64,000 bases of DNA from Gemmatales bacterium (GTDB lineage: Bacteria > Planctomycetota > Planctomycetia > Gemmatales > HRBIN36): contig JBEPZY010000005.1 in assembly GCA_041640595.1 (NCBI GenBank), forward strand, positions 256,001-320,000, given 5' to 3'. A program made the translations under genes and the position numbers. Shown here one piece after another: positions 59,397 to 64,000 of this stretch. How positions within the stretch are numbered: the stretch's first letter is position 1; every line of letters starts with the position of its first letter. The notes under the pieces are model-generated. The model saw nothing but the letters and a program-made list of their open reading frames with translations. It was not told where the DNA came from and ran no database searches.

Positions 59397-60341
59397 ATGA
59401 CGATTTTGTATTACGATTTGCTCTTCCGCGAACATTTCACAGGCCGACATCATCCCGAACAGCCGGAACGTCTGGCTCGGATTGAAAACCGCTTACAGCA
59501 AAACGGTTGGCTGAACCGCTGTTTACGGGGTGACTACCAACCGGCGACGGTGGAGTCGCTGGAGTGGATTCACGAGCCGGCCATGATTCGGCGGGTTCAG
59601 GAAATGTCGGAAGCGGGAGGCGGTTACCTGGATCCGGACACTGTGGTGTCGCGGGCTTCGTACCGAGTCGCATTAGCGGCTGCGGGAGCGGCTTGCGCCG
59701 CGGTGCAGGCAGTCTTGACGGGTCGGGATAAGACAGCGCTGTGCCTGATTCGTCCTCCGGGGCATCATGCCACCCGTCGTGAGAGCATGGGCTTTTGTTT
59801 GTTCAATAACGTAGCCCTGGCTGCCGAAACTGCCCGACGCCAGTTCGGTCTGGAACGGATTCTCATCGTGGATTGGGACGTGCATCACGGTAACGGCACG
59901 CAGGACATTTTCTACGACGATGCGGGCGTCTTTTTCTTCAGCATTCACCGATACCCGTTCTATCCGGGCACAGGTTCAGCGGACGAAACAGGCACAGGTC
60001 GGGGCCTGGGCTACACGCTCAATGTGCCGGTGCGATTTGGCACGCCTCGCCATGAATACCATCGCCTTTTCCTGCAGGGTCTGGAACGGGCCGCCGCTGT
60101 ATGCCGACCGCAACTGGTTTTAATCAGCGCCGGCTTTGATGCTCATCGAGAAGACCCGATCGGCTCGCTGGGGCTGGAGACCGAGGATTTCGTCGAACTG
60201 ACCCGCCGGGTGCAGGAAGTGGCCAGCGTTCACGCGGAGGGTAGGATGGTGAGTTGCCTGGAAGGTGGTTATCACCTGGACCGCCTGGCCGAGTGTGTCG
60301 AAGCGCATTTGCAGCAACTGGCCCGTGGTGCGGGGGCCTGA
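59397..60341 (+). CDS. Histone deacetylase family protein
   Basis: HPEQPERL, RPPGHHA, GFCLFNN, DWDVHHGNGTQ, SAGFDAH, LEGGY. Confidence 0.93.
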   Translation: MTILYYDLLFREHFTGRHHPEQPERLARIENRLQQNGWLNRCLRGDYQPATVESLEWIHEPAMIRRVQEMSEAGGGYLDPDTVVSRASYRVALAAAGAACAAVQAVLTGRDKTALCLIRPPGHHATRRESMGFCLFNNVALAAETARRQFGLERILIVDWDVHHGNGTQDIFYDDAGVFFFSIHRYPFYPGTGSADETGTGRGLGYTLNVPVRFGTPRHEYHRLFLQGLERAAAVCRPQLVLISAGFDAHREDPIGSLGLETEDFVELTRRVQEVASVHAEGRMVSCLEGGYHLDRLAECVEAHLQQLARGAGA

Positions 60342-60462
60342 AATGCGCCGGTCGAACTACCGCTCGGCGATTACCGAAGTTGGTCAGGAGCGTGTTAGAC
60401 TAATTGGAGCTGTGTAGTCGCTGCCATCGCACTTACCGTCTTCGTGGGAGCATCGAACAGCA

Positions 60463-61740
60463 ATGACACCTCCGATTCGATTTTCTCAATTGAGTCAGCG
60501 CACAGGCGATCCGCCCATCTCCTATTTCATGCAACAGGCGGTGGAAAATCGTAACCTCATCAGTCTCGCCGCCGGTCTGGTGGATATGGAAACGTTACCA
60601 GTCGAGCAGATGCGGGAGGCTTTGCTGGCTGTCCTGAAAGAAGCAGATTCGGCTCAGGCAGCTTTGCAGTATGGCACAACTCCGGGATGGGCACCATTGC
60701 GGCAGGCGTTGCTGGAGCATTTCTGCCGGCTGGAAAACTTGCGGCCACAAGATTTGAACCTCTCGGCTGATCACGTCCTGGTAACCACAGGCTCGCAGCA
60801 GCTCCTTTATCTGGTCAGCGAAGCCCTGCTGGATCCGGGCGACCTCGTGGTTACAGCAGCGCCATCCTATTTTGTGTACCACGGTGTGTTACAGTCCCTG
60901 GGAGCGCAGGTGCTGGCGGTGCCCGGCGACCAGGACGGAATGGATACGGAGGCGCTGGAAAGGTTACTGGCGGGTTTGTCGTTGGAACAGTTGCGGCGGT
61001 TGAAGCTTATTTACGTCGTCAGCTATTTTGAAAATCCCACCGGGGCCACGCTTTCGTGGCCGCGTCGGCAACACCTTTTCCGTCTGGTGCAGCATTACTC
61101 CCGCGAGCATCGCATCCTGATCCTGGAGGATGCTGCCTACCGTGAGTTGCGGTACGAAGGGGACGATGTGCCGAGCATCAAATCGCTTGACCGCGAAAAT
61201 CGGTTTGTTGTTCTGGCCATGACCTTTTCCAAGCCCTGGGCCCCAGGCATCAAGACCGGTTACGGCTTTTTGCCTGGCGACCTGGTACAACCGGTTTTGC
61301 GTATCAAAGGGAATCACGATTTCGGTTCGGCCAACCTGGTGCAGCATGCGTTGCTTCACAGCCTGCGCACGGGAGCCTACGCCGAGCACGTCCGTGAACT
61401 CGTGCAGCACTACCGTCGCAAGCGGGACGTGCTCCTGCAGGCGCTATCCGAATTTTTACCTGGTGCGTGGGGAATTCGCTGGTGGCATCCGAAAGGTGGG
61501 CTGTATGTCTGGCTGATTTGCCCGCCCGGACTTGATACCGGCCCCAATGGCCCGTTACTTCAGCGTGCTATTCAGGAAGGCGTCCTCTATGTGCCCGGGG
61601 AATTCTGTTATCCTCCCGGCATGGCTGGGGTACCGCGAAATGAAATGCGGTTGTCGTTCGGGTTGGCCCGGCTTGAGGAATTGCGAGAAGGAGTAAGGCG
61701 ATTGGCCCGCGCTCTGGCGGCCTGCTGGCGTGCCTGTTAG
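60463..61740 (+). CDS. PLP-dependent aminotransferase class I/II (LysN/MocR-like)
   Basis: ISLAAG, LQYG, VTTGSQQ, FENPTG, EDAAY, TFSK...PG. Confidence 0.9.
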   Translation: MTPPIRFSQLSQRTGDPPISYFMQQAVENRNLISLAAGLVDMETLPVEQMREALLAVLKEADSAQAALQYGTTPGWAPLRQALLEHFCRLENLRPQDLNLSADHVLVTTGSQQLLYLVSEALLDPGDLVVTAAPSYFVYHGVLQSLGAQVLAVPGDQDGMDTEALERLLAGLSLEQLRRLKLIYVVSYFENPTGATLSWPRRQHLFRLVQHYSREHRILILEDAAYRELRYEGDDVPSIKSLDRENRFVVLAMTFSKPWAPGIKTGYGFLPGDLVQPVLRIKGNHDFGSANLVQHALLHSLRTGAYAEHVRELVQHYRRKRDVLLQALSEFLPGAWGIRWWHPKGGLYVWLICPPGLDTGPNGPLLQRAIQEGVLYVPGEFCYPPGMAGVPRNEMRLSFGLARLEELREGVRRLARALAACWRAC

Positions 61741-61780
61741 TGCCGGGCGTCATGGGCTTGCTGTCGGTGTGGCTTGGCGT

Positions 61781-62494
61781 ATGGCGGAGCGATTTTTCTA
61801 CCCGGAGCCCATCTCGACCGGAACGGTGCGATTGGAAGGCGAAGAATTCCACCACCTGACCCACGTGTGCCGGTATCATGTGGGAGACCGGGTCGTTTTG
61901 TTCAACGGAGACGGACGCGAATACCTGGCGGTGATCCGGAATGTAACCCGCCGCTACGCCGAACTGGTTGTCGAATCGGTGCAGGAAGTGTCTCGAGAGT
62001 TACCAGCTCCTCTCTGGCTGGCTGCACCGCTTCCCAAAGGCGACCGCCAGCAATTTCTCATTGAGAAACTTACGGAACTGGGCACGGCTCGCTATATTCC
62101 GCTCTCGACGCAGCGAAGTGTCATCACGCCGGCAAGTATGCGGTTAGAAAAGCTCCGCCGGTATGTCATCGAGGCTTGCAAGCAGTGTGGCCGGAACCGC
62201 TTGATGGAAATCGCGTCTCCGCTGGAACTCCCGACCTTACTGTCGAGCCGGGAAGTTCCTGAGCACCGTCTGATGGCAGATGTCCGCGGCGAACCGTTGC
62301 GGTGGGAGCATTTTCCAGTGCGGCAGGCCACCGTGGTGATTGTCGGTCCGGAGGGAGGTTTCACGGAGCACGAGATCGCGCAGGCACGGCAGGCGGGCTG
62401 GCAATTGGTAGCGTTAGGTTCACGCATCCTGCGAGTCGAAACCGCCGCAGTGTTCCTGGCCTGTTGTTTTTCCTGGCGGCAATTAGCGTCTTAG
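61781..62494 (+). CDS. rsmE: 16S rRNA m3U1498 methyltransferase
   Basis: HHLTHVCR, KLTELG, EACKQCGR, VGPEGGFT, LGSRILRVETA. Confidence 0.94.
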   Translation: MAERFFYPEPISTGTVRLEGEEFHHLTHVCRYHVGDRVVLFNGDGREYLAVIRNVTRRYAELVVESVQEVSRELPAPLWLAAPLPKGDRQQFLIEKLTELGTARYIPLSTQRSVITPASMRLEKLRRYVIEACKQCGRNRLMEIASPLELPTLLSSREVPEHRLMADVRGEPLRWEHFPVRQATVVIVGPEGGFTEHEIAQARQAGWQLVALGSRILRVETAAVFLACCFSWRQLAS

Positions 62495-62566
62495 CAGGAA
62501 GGTCGAGAATCCGACCTATGTCGCCGGTCATAGCGACGTGGATCGAGACGGCAAACGACAGGCGAT

Positions 62567-63385
62567 TCAGTCGTTCCAGATGGCCGCGTCTTCGCCATCT
62601 AACCGCAGTGTCAAACACTTGGCACTACCGCCGGCCTTGAGGAACTCATCCAGAGGAACAAGAATCGGCTCAAAACCGTGGTGCTGTAACATTTCTGCCA
62701 GGGCATCGCAGCCAGCGTTGAGAACGACATATTTGCCCACGACGACGGCGTTGCAGCCGAAGCGGTAGGCGTCGCGTTCGGGACATGCGATGAGGTGCGG
62801 TATGCGTTCGTGCAGAACCCGTTGCGCATAGCTGTCGAACGCGGGTGGGTAATAGATGGCCTGGTCGGGTGTCAGAGGGCAAAAACAAGTGTCCAGATGA
62901 TAGAAGTGCGGGTTGACCAACTCCAGCGGCAATACCTCGCGCTGAATGAGGCGGGCAACTTCCTGATGTGCCAGGCAGTCGCTGCGAATGCGATATCCGG
63001 CAAACAAAGTTCGGCCACAAAAAAGCGCGTCGCCTGCTCCCTCAAAAAACAGATTCGGCGCCAGTCGGGCGATTTTGAACCCGTGTTGCCGGAACCAGTT
63101 TTCAAATACCGGCTCTTCCCGCTGGCGCTGCGGATAACGGAAATGCGACAGGATGACCGTGTCGCGGAAAACCAGTCCAGCGTTGGCGGTGAAAACCAGG
63201 TCTGGCAAACCGGGCTGCGGGTCGAGCAATTCCACGGTAACCTGGAGTCGCAGCAAAGTTTCGTAAAGGGTTTGCCATTGCTGCTGGGCACGCTCCCGAA
63301 CCGCACCACGCGACCGGCTCATCCAGGGATTGATTTCGTATTCGATGCCATAGTAATCGGGCCGGCACATCAAAATGCGAGCCAT
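62567..63385 (-). CDS. Amidinotransferase / dimethylarginine dimethylaminohydrolase family protein
   Basis: YEINPWM, LPDLVFTANAG, FEGAGD, FYHLDTCF, EFLKAGGSAKCLT. Confidence 0.9.
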   Translation of the reverse strand: MARILMCRPDYYGIEYEINPWMSRSRGAVRERAQQQWQTLYETLLRLQVTVELLDPQPGLPDLVFTANAGLVFRDTVILSHFRYPQRQREEPVFENWFRQHGFKIARLAPNLFFEGAGDALFCGRTLFAGYRIRSDCLAHQEVARLIQREVLPLELVNPHFYHLDTCFCPLTPDQAIYYPPAFDSYAQRVLHERIPHLIACPERDAYRFGCNAVVVGKYVVLNAGCDALAEMLQHHGFEPILVPLDEFLKAGGSAKCLTLRLDGEDAAIWND

Positions 63386-63430
63386 CCGCTTCCCTCATAT
63401 CTGGCCGGGGAATCGTGTGGTACAGGCATT

Positions 63431-64000
63431 TTAGGTGATCAGGCTCGCCATCCCCTGGGCAACGCCGATACGGAGGTGAGACTCCTGCACTCCGGCCTCG
63501 CGGGCTTGCTGGATGCGTTTGGTGAGCAGTTCGGCCCAGGTGTGGGGCTCGGTCAGGGCAAGCAACACCGTTGCCTCAGCGCCGGGCGATTCCGGAATCA
63601 GAGCCAGGTGGCCGAAACCAAGCAATCGTTGCCACCAGCTTTGCCGTACCTCCACTCTTGCCAGCCCCGTCAACGGCACGCTGCATTTGGGCCAGAGCCA
63701 GCCACGACGATAAACCACTTCCCGCTCGGTTACTTCCACTCGCCAGAACAGAACCCGATAGGCCCAACGGAAAAGAAGAAACGTCCATAGCCCCGCCAGC
63801 CCTGCCCACAACAGACTGGTCACCAGCGGAGCTAACCAGGCCGGGAGGAATGCCCGAACTTTCACAGATGCTGCAATAGCTGCCAGCGTCAGCGCCACAC
63901 CCAGCACGAAACCAGGCAGCAGATGCTTGGCGTCGTATCCGACACAAAGCACGGGTAGTTCAGATTTATCTGACGGCCGCGTTTGGTGTTCTTCTTCGGC
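63431..64000 (-). CDS. Membrane protein with bacterial PH (bPH_2) domain (5' partial)
   Basis: Frame open to the window edge; two TMs then VT...VVYRRGWL...VEVRQSWWQRLLGFG. Confidence 0.75.
   Translation of the reverse strand, partial: AEEEHQTRPSDKSELPVLCVGYDAKHLLPGFVLGVALTLAAIAASVKVRAFLPAWLAPLVTSLLWAGLAGLWTFLLFRWAYRVLFWRVEVTEREVVYRRGWLWPKCSVPLTGLARVEVRQSWWQRLLGFGHLALIPESPGAEATVLLALTEPHTWAELLTKRIQQAREAGVQESHLRIGVAQGMASLIT

Overview
64-kb chromosomal window of mostly housekeeping and metabolic genes. Gene content (DUF1573, TAT-exported Gfo/Idh/MocA oxidoreductases, DUF1597-type porin, Ser/Thr kinase) suggests a planctomycete, probably Gemmatales-like; this is an inference. Recognisable genes include guaB, proA, ggt, truD, aroF, tpiA, sodA, amt-glnK, amrS and rsmE, plus a stand-alone Type IIG-like restriction-modification gene. 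I found no rRNA, tRNA, transposase, integrase or convincing CRISPR array. Two signals are not explained by the ORF track. (1) A tandem cluster of four small lipoprotein genes at 55834-56996, three of them only 46-54 aa and absent from the track; each has an RBS-like site, a lipobox Cys at residue 19-20 and a short disordered tail. (2) A roughly 200-nt highly structured RNA with two alternative folds behind a near-consensus sigma70 promoter upstream of truD. Also notable are a Toc34/AIG1-like GTPase with a long acidic N-terminus, a two-copy 31-bp repeat beside the RM gene, a 5'-truncated porin, an Amt with an extra C-terminal domain and a probable pseudo-subtilase. All calls come from reading motifs by eye; no searches were run.
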